Shown one piece after another: positions 35,761-46,939 of a stretch of 62,716 nucleotides of DNA. The position numbers and the translations under genes were made by a program. Positions within the stretch are counted from its first letter, which is position 1. Each line of letters opens with the position of its first letter. This stretch comes from Pseudomonadota bacterium (lineage in GTDB: Bacteria > Pseudomonadota > Gammaproteobacteria > Steroidobacterales > JBCCMA01), in contig JBCCMA010000003.1 of the NCBI GenBank assembly GCA_039026595.1, positions 1 to 62,716 of the forward strand. Reading direction: 5' to 3'. The notes below the pieces were generated by a model. The model made no database searches. It was not told the origin of the DNA and worked only from the letters and a program-made list of their open reading frames with translations.

Positions 35761-37551
35761 GTGCGAAAAGATAGGGTTATAGCGCTCCGATTTCCCAACA
35801 ATTTGTTTCGGTCGGCTGCAGAGTGTTGCGCGCTTTCACAGCTTGTAGCCGCGTCGGCGCTCGCGGCCTTTTTCTGCGTGCCCGTTCAGGCCGAAGTCAA
35901 ACTAGACGGTGTGAAAGGCGACGCGCGCGCCAACGTCGAGCACGCCCTGTCACTGGCAAAGGCCGATTGCGATACCAGTGCCACTCGGCTCGCACAACTT
36001 GTCGCGGACACGCCGGCGCAAGTGGCCTCGGCACTCGAGCCGCTCGGCTTTTATCGCGCCTCGGTCAACATTACCGATGCTCCGGCCGACAAGAGGAACT
36101 GTTGGCGCAAAACCGTTGCCGTAACGGCAGGCGAACCGACGCGGTATCAATCGGTGCAGGTCACGCTGTTGGGTGACGGTCAAAGCGACGGCGTCTTTCA
36201 GCGTGTCATCGACAGCTCGCAACCGAAGCCGGGCGATGTGGTCCACCACGGCCGCTACAAAGCCTTCAAGACCGCGCTGCAGAATCTGGCGACTCAGCGC
36301 GGCTACTTCAACGCCGGTTTTGAAACGGCGACGGTGATCGTCAGCAATGACGCCGCCAGCGCCGACGCAACAATGGTGTTCCGCACCGGGCCGCGCTTTA
36401 CGTTCGGAGCCGTTGATGTCGACAGCGATATCGTCACCGACGAGCTGCTCGACACATTGGTGGACATCACACCCGGATCGCCGTACGACGCCAGTGATAT
36501 CGCGAGCACACATCGTAATTTGCTCGATAGTGGTTACTTCGCATTCGTAAACGTGCGCGCCAACCCGGCAGAAGCGGAAGCCAACGTGATACCTGTGCAC
36601 ATCGACGCAACGGCCGCAAAGACACGCGTCTACACCGGTGGGCTCGGTTTTGCGACCGATGTCGGTCCGCGCTTTCGCCTCAACTACCGCAATCGTCGCA
36701 TCAACCGGCGTGGCCATACCCTGAATAGCGAGCTGTTGGCGTCCCCCGTTCAGTCCGTCCTCGGTGCCGAGTACCGCATTCCGTCGGGCGAAGATCGCCG
36801 CAACGTCGATTCGATCGCCGCGCGTTTGATAGAGCAAAACACCGATTCAAATGAATTCACATCGATCGACCTTGGTCTGCGACGGGCTGAGGCGCGACCG
36901 TCAGGCTGGCTACGAACGCTCGGCATTGATCTGCTGCGCGAGGACTTCACCGTCAGCGGTATTGACTCCTCCAGCACGCTGCTGATGCCGTCGATCAGCT
37001 ACTGGCGAAGCACACAAGCCGCCTCGCCCCGACCGGACAAGGGCTATCGCCTTGCGCTCGATGTGCGCGGCGCAACGGACAGCGTTGTGTCCGATCTGAG
37101 CTTTGTGCAAATCGAGGCCACCGCACGATGGATACGATCGTTTGGTGACCGCTGGCGTCTTCTGACCCGCGCGACGCTCGGCGCAACCGTGCTGGACGAT
37201 ATCGATGGACTACCGGTGTCGTTACGTTTCTTCGCGGGCGGTGACAACAGCGTGCGTGGATACGAATTCCAGGGAATCGGGCCGGTGGATGCAGACGGGC
37301 TGGTCACCGGCGGCACCATGCTCGCCGTGGGCAGCGTGGAGTTTGACTACCGACTGAACAAGAACTGGTCGCTCGCCGCCTTCGTTGACACCGGCACCGC
37401 GTTTGAGGACGGCGATTCCGATCTCAATACCGGCATCGGCCTCGGCGTGCGGCGGATGACGCCGGTCGGCGCTCTGCGCGTCGATCTCGCGGCTCCGCTC
37501 GATCGTGACCGCAAGGTTCGGCTGCACATCTCGATTGGCAGTGATTTGTAA
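35761..37551 (+). CDS. tamA: Translocation and assembly module TamA (start uncertain, about 35728-35830)
   Basis: Three POTRA-like segments (ALEPLGFY, RGYFNA, SGYF), RFFAGGDNSVRGY, LHISIGSDL; followed by tamB. Confidence 0.9.
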   Translation: MRKDRVIALRFPNNLFRSAAECCALSQLVAASALAAFFCVPVQAEVKLDGVKGDARANVEHALSLAKADCDTSATRLAQLVADTPAQVASALEPLGFYRASVNITDAPADKRNCWRKTVAVTAGEPTRYQSVQVTLLGDGQSDGVFQRVIDSSQPKPGDVVHHGRYKAFKTALQNLATQRGYFNAGFETATVIVSNDAASADATMVFRTGPRFTFGAVDVDSDIVTDELLDTLVDITPGSPYDASDIASTHRNLLDSGYFAFVNVRANPAEAEANVIPVHIDATAAKTRVYTGGLGFATDVGPRFRLNYRNRRINRRGHTLNSELLASPVQSVLGAEYRIPSGEDRRNVDSIAARLIEQNTDSNEFTSIDLGLRRAEARPSGWLRTLGIDLLREDFTVSGIDSSSTLLMPSISYWRSTQAASPRPDKGYRLALDVRGATDSVVSDLSFVQIEATARWIRSFGDRWRLLTRATLGATVLDDIDGLPVSLRFFAGGDNSVRGYEFQGIGPVDADGLVTGGTMLAVGSVEFDYRLNKNWSLAAFVDTGTAFEDGDSDLNTGIGLGVRRMTPVGALRVDLAAPLDRDRKVRLHISIGSDL

Positions 37552-40500
37552 TGCGCGCGCAACCTTGGCTTCGTCGAATTGCGATCTCAGTGGGCGCACT
37601 GCTGGTGTTGATCGCACTGTTGGCGGTCTTCGCGATCAACAGCACGTGGGCCTTGCGTCAGGCCGTGCAGTTGGGGCTGCGCGCCGCGCCGGTTGATCTC
37701 AAGGTGGACCAGATCGACGGTACGCTGGCAGGTGGCGTGACGCTGCTCGGCGCGAGGCTCGACACGGACGCCGTCTCGGTCTCACTCGAACGTCTGTGTT
37801 TACGCATTGATCTCGGAGACCTGATTTCTCGACGTGTGATCGTCCACGAGCTCACACTCGATCAGGTCCATGTCACACCCAAGCCCGCAACTGAAACCAC
37901 ACCCGCGCCACGCGGACCGTTTGCCGTACCCGAGATCACCGCGCCTCTACCGATCCAAGTGAACCGGTTTGCTGTAAACGGACTGCGCGTCAGTTCGGCG
38001 CCGGATTACCCGATCGATCAATTGAAAACCGCGCTGTCGTGGGAGGACAGCCGCATCCGGATTCGCAAACTCGTCGTCAACGCACCGTTCGCTGGACTTG
38101 ATCTCAACGCCACAGCCGATCTCGGAACAGAGCCCGCCCTCGATGCCACAATCAACTGGACGTGGACCGAACCGGCCGCCAAGGGCGCGCTCACGCTGGG
38201 TGGTACCGTGGGCAATATCGCGTTTGATCATCAACTGAGCGCACCAGCGTCCGTGTCCTCCACCGGCCAGATCCAGCTTGAGGGCCGCGTCCAACCACTG
38301 ATCGATTTAACCCACGCGCTCGCGCGACCCTACATCGCAAACGACGTGCGTGTCGGTCGGCTCACACTCCAGCACCGGGGGACACCGAGCGATACCGTGG
38401 CCGCGTTGTCCGCTCGCGTTTCCCACCCCCGTTTGCCGGCCACCAACGTCAACGCCGATGTCGCATGGCATGACAGCACGTTGCGGGTAGATACCGTGGC
38501 GGTGGACGGAGATGCGCTGCAGGCTCAGTTGAGCGGCACGGTGGCAACAAAGGGCGGTGTCACCGCGGAACTCGACGTTGTGCTCGCGCGTCTCTCCGCC
38601 GCGCTGCTCGATCCATCTGTAGAAGGCCAGCTCGCGGCGCGCGGGCACGTCACGGCACGTCCCGAGCGCTGGCAGGCGACGCTGCCCGAGCTCACGGGCA
38701 CCATCAACGGCTTTGATCTGCGCGGTACTGTGGACGCGCGCGGTGCAGGCAAAGATATTGAAATACAGCGCGGCGATTTGTCACTTGGCGACAACCGCGT
38801 CGAGGTCCGCGGCCAGATCGCCGAATCGGGCACGCTCGATCTCAAGGCCCGGCTGGATCTGCCCGCGCTCGCACAGATCGACACCCGTTTTGGCGGCACG
38901 CTCGATGGCACGCTGACGGTCACCGGAACCAAAGACGCACCTGCGCTTGATCTTGCGCTGGACGGTAGGGATCTTGCCGCCGGTGCATTGAACGTGCGTG
39001 AGGTCGCCGCCGAGATCGCGCTGGAGGCGTCCGGTGCGCTGCGGGGTACGGCCAGACTGGCCGACGCGCGTGTCGACGATGTGGATTACGGTAGCGCCGA
39101 TCTGATGTTGGCCGGCTCGCGTGACCGCCCGGAAGTGAGCTTCAACGTGACGTCCAACGCGCCGCTCGCCGGCCTGACCGCGCGCGGTGCCGTATCGGCC
39201 GAGCAAAAGGCCACGCACTGGCAAGTCGGCGTGACCGAGGTGGCGATCGATGCCGACGTGATCGGACGCTGGGCACTGGAGGCGCCCTTCACAGCGCGCG
39301 CGGCGCCTGGAGATATTCAGGTCACACCAAACATCTGGCGAAGCGGTGACGGCGCGTTCATCGAGCTGCGTAACGCACAGATGCAGGATGACACCGTCGC
39401 CATCGATGCGCGCATTGAACGCCTGCCGCTCGCCATTGCGCAGATCGCGCTGCCCACCGACATCACCCTTGCCGGAACGGCATCAGCCGATGTTCAGCTT
39501 GAAAAGACAAACGATCAATGGACCGGCAACGCAAGCTGGGCACAGTCCGATACGATACTGAGCGTGCCCGTTCAGGCGACAACCGAAGAGATTGCCTTTG
39601 ATACCGCGACGGTCGATCTGGTGATCGAACGTGGCGGACTGCAAGCCGACATCGACGTTCAGGGTGACCACGGCGTGAGCATCACGGGCGTGGTGGGCGT
39701 CAGCGATATGACGGCCATCGCGCAAAGCCCGATCAGCGGCCAGCTTGATCTGGCGCTCGGCGAGCTCGACTGGCTCGCCGCGCTTGCGCCCGGACTTGAT
39801 CAGCTCCGCGGCGCGTTTGAGGCGCGCGCGACGATTGGCGGTCGCGCCGACCTACCCGAGATCAAAGGCGATCTGTCACTCACCAACGGCAGCGTGTTCC
39901 TGACCGACGCCGGCGTTCGCGTCGATGGCATTGACATGACGGGCGCACTCGATGACGACTTCGCGCTCAACGGTCGCGCTCAGCTCGGCGGCGGCCCGCT
40001 CACCATAGAAGGGCGGGTGACCCAGCCGCTTCTGGCCACGCGTCGGGTGTCTGTGTCGCTTGCCGGCGAGCAGTTGCAGGTGATCAACGACGACCAGTAT
40101 CAAGTCAAGGTATCGCCGGACATCACGCTCGTATTCAATGCGGCCGACGGCGCCAGCATCGGAGGCCGGATCGATGTGCCGATGGCTAATGTACGGATCG
40201 CCGAGCTACCGCCGAGCGTGGTCACCGCGTCGCCGGACATTCAGGTGGCGGGACGCGAGCCGGACGATGCCATCGCGTTGCCGATTCACGGTGCCGTGAC
40301 ACTGGCCCTCGGGGACGAGGTACATGTCTTCGCACTGGGACTCGACACCGACGTTGGCGGGGATGTGAACCTGCGGCTCGATGAAGGCAAGCCGCCGCGC
40401 CTGGACGGTCGCCTCACGCTCGAAAACGGCACGTTCAAAGCCTACGGACAAGATCTTGTCATTGAACGCGGCAACGTGATCTATGCCGGCCCGATCGACA

Positions 40501-40991
40501 ATCCCAACATTGATCTGCGCGCCGTCCGTCGCGTGCAGGATGCCAGCGGTGATGTGACCGCGGGCGTGCGAGTAACCGGGGCGGCCAAACAACCCAACAT
40601 CGAGCTGTATTCCGAACCGGCGCTGTCGCAAACCGACACATTGTCCTATTTATTGCTCGGACGCGCGTCCGACGACACGTCGGGGGCAGAGGGCCAATCG
40701 CTCAGTCAGGCGGCGCTGAATCTGGGACTGTCGCGTTCGGCACCGCTGACGCGCGAGTTGGCAGCTGGACTCGGTCTGGATGAACTGACCGTGGGCGGCG
40801 ACAGTCTCGATGCGGCCGAACTGGTGGCGGGCAAGCAGATCAATGACCGGCTCTACATTCGCTACTCATACGGCGTGTTCTCGAATCTGGGCGCCATTTT
40901 GCTGCGCTACCGGTTGTCCAGACGACTCACTCTGGAAGCAGGCAGCGCCGATGCGCAGTCGCTCGATATGCTGTACACCATCGAGAAATAG
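37551..40991 (+). CDS. tamB: Translocation and assembly module TamB
   Basis: N-terminal anchor, long beta-rich body, DUF490 tail (FKAYGQDL, LSYLLLGR, SLDMLYTIE). Confidence 0.9.
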   Translation: MRAQPWLRRIAISVGALLVLIALLAVFAINSTWALRQAVQLGLRAAPVDLKVDQIDGTLAGGVTLLGARLDTDAVSVSLERLCLRIDLGDLISRRVIVHELTLDQVHVTPKPATETTPAPRGPFAVPEITAPLPIQVNRFAVNGLRVSSAPDYPIDQLKTALSWEDSRIRIRKLVVNAPFAGLDLNATADLGTEPALDATINWTWTEPAAKGALTLGGTVGNIAFDHQLSAPASVSSTGQIQLEGRVQPLIDLTHALARPYIANDVRVGRLTLQHRGTPSDTVAALSARVSHPRLPATNVNADVAWHDSTLRVDTVAVDGDALQAQLSGTVATKGGVTAELDVVLARLSAALLDPSVEGQLAARGHVTARPERWQATLPELTGTINGFDLRGTVDARGAGKDIEIQRGDLSLGDNRVEVRGQIAESGTLDLKARLDLPALAQIDTRFGGTLDGTLTVTGTKDAPALDLALDGRDLAAGALNVREVAAEIALEASGALRGTARLADARVDDVDYGSADLMLAGSRDRPEVSFNVTSNAPLAGLTARGAVSAEQKATHWQVGVTEVAIDADVIGRWALEAPFTARAAPGDIQVTPNIWRSGDGAFIELRNAQMQDDTVAIDARIERLPLAIAQIALPTDITLAGTASADVQLEKTNDQWTGNASWAQSDTILSVPVQATTEEIAFDTATVDLVIERGGLQADIDVQGDHGVSITGVVGVSDMTAIAQSPISGQLDLALGELDWLAALAPGLDQLRGAFEARATIGGRADLPEIKGDLSLTNGSVFLTDAGVRVDGIDMTGALDDDFALNGRAQLGGGPLTIEGRVTQPLLATRRVSVSLAGEQLQVINDDQYQVKVSPDITLVFNAADGASIGGRIDVPMANVRIAELPPSVVTASPDIQVAGREPDDAIALPIHGAVTLALGDEVHVFALGLDTDVGGDVNLRLDEGKPPRLDGRLTLENGTFKAYGQDLVIERGNVIYAGPIDNPNIDLRAVRRVQDASGDVTAGVRVTGAAKQPNIELYSEPALSQTDTLSYLLLGRASDDTSGAEGQSLSQAALNLGLSRSAPLTRELAAGLGLDELTVGGDSLDAAELVAGKQINDRLYIRYSYGVFSNLGAILLRYRLSRRLTLEAGSADAQSLDMLYTIEK

Positions 40992-40996
40992 CGTCT

Positions 40997-42385
40997 TTAC
41001 AGCTCAAGCTCCTTCATCTTTCGGGTCAGCGTATTGCGGCCCCAGCCAAGCAGCTGGGCCGCCTTCTGCCGCTTACCGCGTGTCTTGGTGAGGGCCGCGC
41101 GAATCAGGGTTTTTTCAAACAGGGGAACGGCGCGGTTCAAAAGAGGCCCCGGCGATGTCGCCATGTGATGAACAGCCCAACGACCGAGTTGCTGCGCCCA
41201 ATCCGTGCCCTCGTTCCCGGCGCTGCGTCCAAGATCGGATGGTAAATCCTGCTGACGTATCTCGCGGCCGGGTGCCAGCGCCGTCAGGCGCCGACACATA
41301 TTGATGAGCTGACGCACGTTGCCGGGCCAATCGAGGCTCAAAAGCGTTTTACGCGCGGTCCTGGTAAGTGTCTTTGGGGGTACACCGATCTCCCGCGCGG
41401 CCTCGGCGAGGTAGTGCGCCATCAGCAGCTCGATATCATCGCGTCGATCGCGCAGCGCCGGCGCCTCAATCTGAATCACGTTCAGGCGATGGAACAGATC
41501 CTCGCGGAAGTCGCCGCTGGCCACCAAGGCATCCAGATCCTGATGGGTGGCCGCAATGACGCGGGTATCGACCTTGATAGGCGCCTGCCCACCAACGCGG
41601 TAAAACTCGCCCTCAGCCAGAACGCGCAGCAGACGGGTTTGCAACGCCGCGGGCATATCCCCGATCTCATCGAGGAACAACGTGCCGCCGTTCGCCTGCT
41701 CAAACCGCCCGACGCGCTGGCGATCCGCGCCAGTGAACGAGCCCTTTTCATGACCGAACAACTCCGACTCAAGAAGATCCGCCGGAATCGCTGAGGTGTT
41801 GATGGCCACAAACGGACGCTCATGGCGCGGCGAGTGTTCATGCAGCGCCTGGGCGATCAGCTCCTTGCCCGTGCCGCTTTCACCTGTGATCAGGACGGTC
41901 ATTGCCGAGCGCGACAATCGACCGATCGCCCGGTACACCGCCTGCATGGCCGGCGCCTTGCCGATGATGTTTGAAATCTGGGGCGGGCTGGTTGTGACAT
42001 CGGCCGGCCCCGCCGCGTGCTGCACCGCGCGTCTCACCAGGTCAACAGCCTCATCGACGTCGAACGGCTTGGGCAGGTACTCGAATGCCCCGCGCTGGTA
42101 GGAATCGACCGCATGGTCGAGATCGCTGTGGGCCGTAGTCACGATAACCGGTAACGATGCGTGCGTTTTTTGCAGCTCGCTCAGAAGCTCCAGACCGCTC
42201 ATGCCGGGCATTCGAATATCCGTGATCACCACGTCCGGCTGGCGCATTTTTAATGCGCTCAGGAACAGACTGGCACCTTCAAAACTGGTGGGACACATAC
42301 CGGCGTCACGAAGTGATCGCTCCAGTACCCAGCGAATCGACGCATCGTCGTCCACCACCCACACATCGATGTCTCTCGGGATCAT
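40997..42385 (-). CDS. ntrC: Nitrogen regulation protein NR(I)
   Basis: [48 protein letters not shown]. Confidence 0.96.
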   Translation of the reverse strand: MIPRDIDVWVVDDDASIRWVLERSLRDAGMCPTSFEGASLFLSALKMRQPDVVITDIRMPGMSGLELLSELQKTHASLPVIVTTAHSDLDHAVDSYQRGAFEYLPKPFDVDEAVDLVRRAVQHAAGPADVTTSPPQISNIIGKAPAMQAVYRAIGRLSRSAMTVLITGESGTGKELIAQALHEHSPRHERPFVAINTSAIPADLLESELFGHEKGSFTGADRQRVGRFEQANGGTLFLDEIGDMPAALQTRLLRVLAEGEFYRVGGQAPIKVDTRVIAATHQDLDALVASGDFREDLFHRLNVIQIEAPALRDRRDDIELLMAHYLAEAAREIGVPPKTLTRTARKTLLSLDWPGNVRQLINMCRRLTALAPGREIRQQDLPSDLGRSAGNEGTDWAQQLGRWAVHHMATSPGPLLNRAVPLFEKTLIRAALTKTRGKRQKAAQLLGWGRNTLTRKMKELEL

Positions 42386-43479
42386 GCTGAGACTCCTTCG
42401 GGCTCGCCGCGTTCGGCGTAATAAGGCAAATACAAACTGAAAACGGTGGGTGTACGGCGGGTCACCTTGATCAGACCACCGTGTCGTGCCACCAACTCCT
42501 GAGCCAGACTCAAACCAAGTCCCGTACCGTCGGGTCGACTGGTGACCAGCGGCAGGAACAGCCGGTCCGCGACGGCCGGGTCGATGCCCGGACCGGAGTC
42601 TTCCACGTCGATCCTCAAGACCAGAGCGTGGCGCTCATCGGCAATCATGAAACCGCTGACCGCACGGCTGCGCACGGTCACGGTGCCGCGCCCATCGACT
42701 GCCTGGACCGCATTGCGAACCACGTTGAGTACCGCCTGAATCAGACTGTCCTCGTCGAGTTCGATGTCGGGCAGGCTGGGGTCGTAGTCCTCCACGACGC
42801 TCAGGTCGTCGCCGGATTCGGCGCCGACCAACCGCACAACGTGCTGCAGCACTTTGTGGATATTCATCGATTCGGGACGCAATGGCTTGGCCGGACCCAG
42901 CATTGTGTCGACCAATGCCACAAGACGATCCGACTCGCGGATGATGACGTCGGTGAACTCACTGAGTTCGGGTTCACAGAGACGCCGCGCGAGGAGCTGC
43001 GCGGCACCGCGCAGACCACCCAGCGGGTTCTTGATCTCGTGCGCGAGTTGACGGGCGATGGTGCGACCCACGCCGCGCTGTTCAAGCAGCGTGTTTTCGT
43101 GCTCGATCTGGGTGTGGACCGTCTGATCCAGCAACTCGATCAGCACCAGTTCATCACCGTACGGGCTGACGACCAGATCGATATGACGAGCGGCGTGCGA
43201 ACGCCCCACCGCTTCGATCTCGAAATCGCGTAGGACCACCGTGTTGCCGTCGCGCGCCACGCGCTCGATGGTGCGCAGCAATTTTTCCGGCGTGTGCAGC
43301 AAAGAGCCGAGGGACCGACCCAGAATGTGCGATTGCGTGGTGTGGAGGATGCGTTCGGCGGCGGCGTTGGCCGCGTTCACTGAACCATCGGCGCCAACCA
43401 CCACCACGCCTGTGGCCAGCGCGTTGAGGACATCAGAGGCCTCAAGTCCCGGGGTGCGCAACTGCGCCCCGGCGTTCAT
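42382..43479 (-). CDS. ntrB: Nitrogen regulation kinase NR(II)
   Basis: PAS domain, LAHEIKNPLGGLRGAAQLL, DYDPSLP, GTGLGLS; start reassigned to MNAGAQ. Confidence 0.95.
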   Translation of the reverse strand: MNAGAQLRTPGLEASDVLNALATGVVVVGADGSVNAANAAAERILHTTQSHILGRSLGSLLHTPEKLLRTIERVARDGNTVVLRDFEIEAVGRSHAARHIDLVVSPYGDELVLIELLDQTVHTQIEHENTLLEQRGVGRTIARQLAHEIKNPLGGLRGAAQLLARRLCEPELSEFTDVIIRESDRLVALVDTMLGPAKPLRPESMNIHKVLQHVVRLVGAESGDDLSVVEDYDPSLPDIELDEDSLIQAVLNVVRNAVQAVDGRGTVTVRSRAVSGFMIADERHALVLRIDVEDSGPGIDPAVADRLFLPLVTSRPDGTGLGLSLAQELVARHGGLIKVTRRTPTVFSLYLPYYAERGEPEGVSA

Positions 43480-43510
43480 GCGGATGGCGAGGCCGGATGG
43501 CCGTCGCAGA

Positions 43511-44110
43511 TCAGTTGATGGTGCTTTGCTGCACCACGAAGCGGATCGGTTGGCTGGCGATCTTCTGATTGCCGAAATTGTCCCGCACTGCAGCCACCAG
43601 AACATGTTCGCCGCGGTAGACATTGCTCAGCGTGATGCTGGTACTGGTGGCGGGTCGACCGGTCATGACCCGACCGTCCATCACAAGCACGATGCCGTCC
43701 CCAGGTTTCAGGGCCGGGCTCAGCTGCACCTTCACCCCCAGCGTGCCACCAATATTCCAAAGGGTTTCGCCGTTGTTCGGTGAGGTGATTGCCAGTGTCT
43801 GATAGGGCACGTTGGCCTGCGGATCGTCTTCCGCCGGCGGGGCATCCGCATCGGAGGTATTCGACTCCGGTCGCGGGCGAGGTCGCGGCGCCCGACTGAC
43901 GTTCGGTGAGCGGATCTCGACCTTGTCGGCAGCGGGATCGGCTGCGTCGGGGCGCGGCGAGTCCGAAAAGTGAATGACGCCATTGTCGTCCACCCACCGA
44001 TACAGAGTCGTGCGACCGGCGTCGCGCGCGCTCTGCGCCCATACGGGCCAAAGCGACAGCGGCAGAATCAGTGCGGTCAGAAAAGCAGCAAGGCGACGGC
44101 GATTTTGCAT
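43511..44110 (-). CDS. DUF4124 domain secreted protein
   Basis: Signal peptide, LYRWVDDNGVIHFSDSP, C-terminal Ig-like segment (NVYRGEH). Confidence 0.85.
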   Translation of the reverse strand: MQNRRRLAAFLTALILPLSLWPVWAQSARDAGRTTLYRWVDDNGVIHFSDSPRPDAADPAADKVEIRSPNVSRAPRPRPRPESNTSDADAPPAEDDPQANVPYQTLAITSPNNGETLWNIGGTLGVKVQLSPALKPGDGIVLVMDGRVMTGRPATSTSITLSNVYRGEHVLVAAVRDNFGNQKIASQPIRFVVQQSTIN

Positions 44111-44148
44111 AATGAAGCATGGTAGCGACAGTCACCTGATTTGACCAA

Positions 44149-44178
44149 GACGGGGGCCGGAGATTCCGGCACCCCGTC
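44149..44178 (-). terminator. GC-rich hairpin downstream of glnA (weak terminator or mRNA stabiliser)
   Basis: GACGGGGGCCGGA-gat-TCCGGCACCCCGTC, 13-bp stem with one bulge; only a short U-tail. Confidence 0.55.
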
Positions 44179-44200
44179 ACATTTAATGCGCCGCTGATCG

Positions 44201-45610
44201 TCAGAGGCTGTAGTACATCTCAAACTCAACCGGATGCGTGGACATGCGCAGACGCTGCACCTCCTCACCCTTGAGCTCGATGTAAGCGTCGATGACGTCG
44301 TCGGTGAACACGTCGCCGGCGGTCAGGAACGCACGGTCCTCGGACAAGGCGGCGAGCGCTTCGTCCAGCGAGAACGCGACTTCGGCAATCTGCTTTTCTT
44401 CTTCCGGCGGCAGGTCGTACAGATCCTTGTCCATGGCATCGCCCGGGTGGATCTTATTCTTGATGCCGTCCAGCCCGGCCATCAGCATCGAGGCGAACGC
44501 GAAGTAGGGGTTGGCCGTGGAATCCGGGAAACGCACTTCGATGCGACGTGCTTTCGGGTTCGCGATGTAGGGCACACGGATCGACGCCGAGCGGTTACGC
44601 GCGGAGTACGCCAGCTTCACCGGCGCTTCGAAGCCCGGCACCAGACGCTTGTAGCGGTTGGTGCTGGCGTTCGCGAACGCGTTTAGCGCGCGCGCGTGCT
44701 TGATGATGCCGCCGATGTAGTACAGCGCGGTTTCCGACAGGCCGCCGTACTCATCACCGGTGAACAGGTTGTTGCCGTCTTTCACCAGCGACTGGTGAAT
44801 GTGCATGCCGTTGCCGTTGTCGCCGACCAGCGGCTTGGGCATGAACGTGGCGGTCTTGCCAAACATATGGGCAACGTTCTGCACGCAATACTTGTAGATC
44901 TGGACCTCGTCCGCCTTCTTGACCAGAGAGTTGAAGCGCGTGCCGATCTCACACTGACCCGCCGTTGCGACCTCATGGTGATGCACCTCGGTGACCACGC
45001 CCATGTCTTCGATGGCCAGGCACATGGCGGAACGCAAATCGTGCAGCGAATCGACCGGCGGGACGGGGAAGTAGCCGCCCTTGACGCCCGGACGATGGCC
45101 CGTGTTGCCCTCCGGATAGGTCTTGTCCGAGTTCCAGCCAGCTTCAATTGAATCAATGGCGAACATCGATTTGCCGATGCTGTCGTGGAAGCGCACGTCG
45201 TCGAAGACAAAAAACTCGTTCTCAGGACCGAACAGGGCCGTGTCGGCGATGCCGGTGGATTTGAGATACGCCTCGGCGCGCTTGGCGAGTGATCGCGGAT
45301 CGCGCTCGTAGCCCTGGCCGGTGGCCGGCTCCAGCACATCACAGCGCAGGTTCAGCGTCGGCTCTTCGGCGAAGACGTCACGAACGAGCGTGTCGACCTC
45401 GGGCATCAGGATCATGTCGGACTCGTTAATGCCCTTCCAGCCGGCGATCGACGATCCGTCGAACATCTTGCCCTCGTCGAGAAAGCCCTGGTCGATCTGA
45501 TGGGCGGGCACGGTTACGTGCTGCTCTTTGCCTTTGGTATCCGTGAACCGCAGATCAACAAATTTGATCTCTTCGTCTTTGATCTGCTTGAAAATATCTG
45601 GCGATGCCAT
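44201..45610 (-). CDS. glnA: Glutamine synthetase type I
   Basis: [42 protein letters not shown], adenylylation Tyr in DKDLYDLP; 469 aa from MASPD. Confidence 0.98.
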   Translation of the reverse strand: MASPDIFKQIKDEEIKFVDLRFTDTKGKEQHVTVPAHQIDQGFLDEGKMFDGSSIAGWKGINESDMILMPEVDTLVRDVFAEEPTLNLRCDVLEPATGQGYERDPRSLAKRAEAYLKSTGIADTALFGPENEFFVFDDVRFHDSIGKSMFAIDSIEAGWNSDKTYPEGNTGHRPGVKGGYFPVPPVDSLHDLRSAMCLAIEDMGVVTEVHHHEVATAGQCEIGTRFNSLVKKADEVQIYKYCVQNVAHMFGKTATFMPKPLVGDNGNGMHIHQSLVKDGNNLFTGDEYGGLSETALYYIGGIIKHARALNAFANASTNRYKRLVPGFEAPVKLAYSARNRSASIRVPYIANPKARRIEVRFPDSTANPYFAFASMLMAGLDGIKNKIHPGDAMDKDLYDLPPEEEKQIAEVAFSLDEALAALSEDRAFLTAGDVFTDDVIDAYIELKGEEVQRLRMSTHPVEFEMYYSL

Positions 45611-45715
45611 GGAATGTGCTCCGTTGTGATTTCGCGATAGATGCGCGCAAAACCGTCCCCGCGTGCAGCGCACAGCGGCGACGGACTGCGCCAGTATTGA
45701 TTCTGCCCCGTGGTT

Positions 45716-45731
45716 TGCAGGAACTGTGCCA
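45716..45731 (-). promoter_or_regulatory. sigma54 -24/-12 promoter of glnA
   Basis: Minus strand TGGCACAGTTCCTGCA (GG-N10-GC). Confidence 0.85.
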
Positions 45732-45782
45732 TGCACAAATCGCTGAAAAATCAACGACACATGGCGGCAGCGCCCACTGACC

Positions 45783-45830
45783 TGAGCCATTATAGTGCAC
45801 TCAGATAATGCGCTGCTCCGAAATAGTGCA
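45783..45830. promoter_or_regulatory. Two NtrC enhancer sites
   Basis: TGAGCCATTATAGTGCA (45783-45799) and TGCTCCGAAATAGTGCA (45814-45830), 31 bp apart, resemble TGCACCAnnnTGGTGCA. Confidence 0.8.
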
Positions 45831-45991
45831 CATGCTCGTAGGCCAGTACCGACAGTCGCCGCCGGTGCTCGCACAATACGTTGAATAACGGGCAGTTGCG
45901 CCACCGCCAGATAGTCGCCTGCCGCGCACCCCGCTATACTGTCGCGCCGCACCACAACCGACAAAACGACCGGCCAGGAGGCCGTTTCCCC

Positions 45992-46939
45992 ATGACCGCG
46001 TCCACGACTTCGCGCCCCGAGACACCGCTCGGCACGCCACCCGCCACCTTTCAGGATCTGATACTCGCGCTGCAGTCTTTTTGGGCCGCGCGAGGCTGCG
46101 TGATCATGCAGCCGTCTGACCTGCCGATGGGCGCGGGCACATTCCACCCGGCCACATTCCTGCGGAGTATCGGCCCCGAGCCGTGGAACGCCGCCTACGT
46201 GCAGCCGTGCCGACGACCCACGGACGGCCGCTACGGCGACAATCCGTTCCGTCTGCAGCACTACTATCAGTTTCAGGTGCTGCTGAAGCCATCCCCGCCG
46301 GACATCATGGATCTCTATCTGGATTCGCTGCGCGCACTCGGGCTCGACACACTCACCCACGACGTGCGGTTTGTGGAGGACAACTGGGAGTCACCCACAC
46401 TCGGGGCGTGGGGTCTTGGTTGGGAGGTGTGGCTCAACGGCATGGAGGTCACGCAGTTCACTTACTTCCAACAGACCGGCGGCCTCGATTGCAAGCCGGT
46501 GTCCGGTGAGTTGACCTACGGGCTCGAGCGGATTGCCATGTATTTGCAGGGTGTGGAAAGCATCTTCGATCTGGTCTGGACACACGGACCGTCCGGCACC
46601 GTGACGTACGGGGATGTGTATCACCAGAATGAGAAAGAGCAGTCGGCGTACAACTTTGACCTGGCGGATCCCGACGCCCTGTTCCGCGAGTTTGACACCT
46701 GCGAGTCCGAGTTTGCGCGCCTGATGGACGCGGAGCTGCCGCTGCCCGCGTACGAGCAAGTGCTGCGGGCCTCGCATGCGTTCAATCTGCTCGACGCGCG
46801 CCACGCCATTTCGGTCACCGAACGACAGGCCTACATCCTGCGCGTACGCGCGATGGCACGCGACGTCGCGGCGCTTTATTACAAGATTCGCGAAGACGCG
46901 GGCTTCCCGCTGGTTAAACCTGGAGCGGATGCGGCATGA
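45992..46939 (+). CDS. glyQ: Glycine-tRNA ligase alpha subunit
   Basis: [45 protein letters not shown]. Confidence 0.98.
   Translation: MTASTTSRPETPLGTPPATFQDLILALQSFWAARGCVIMQPSDLPMGAGTFHPATFLRSIGPEPWNAAYVQPCRRPTDGRYGDNPFRLQHYYQFQVLLKPSPPDIMDLYLDSLRALGLDTLTHDVRFVEDNWESPTLGAWGLGWEVWLNGMEVTQFTYFQQTGGLDCKPVSGELTYGLERIAMYLQGVESIFDLVWTHGPSGTVTYGDVYHQNEKEQSAYNFDLADPDALFREFDTCESEFARLMDAELPLPAYEQVLRASHAFNLLDARHAISVTERQAYILRVRAMARDVAALYYKIREDAGFPLVKPGADAA

Noticed and set aside
41725..41750. GSFTGA instead of GAFTGA in NtrC
   Set aside because: A common functional variant, and an intact sigma54 promoter with NtrC sites is present.
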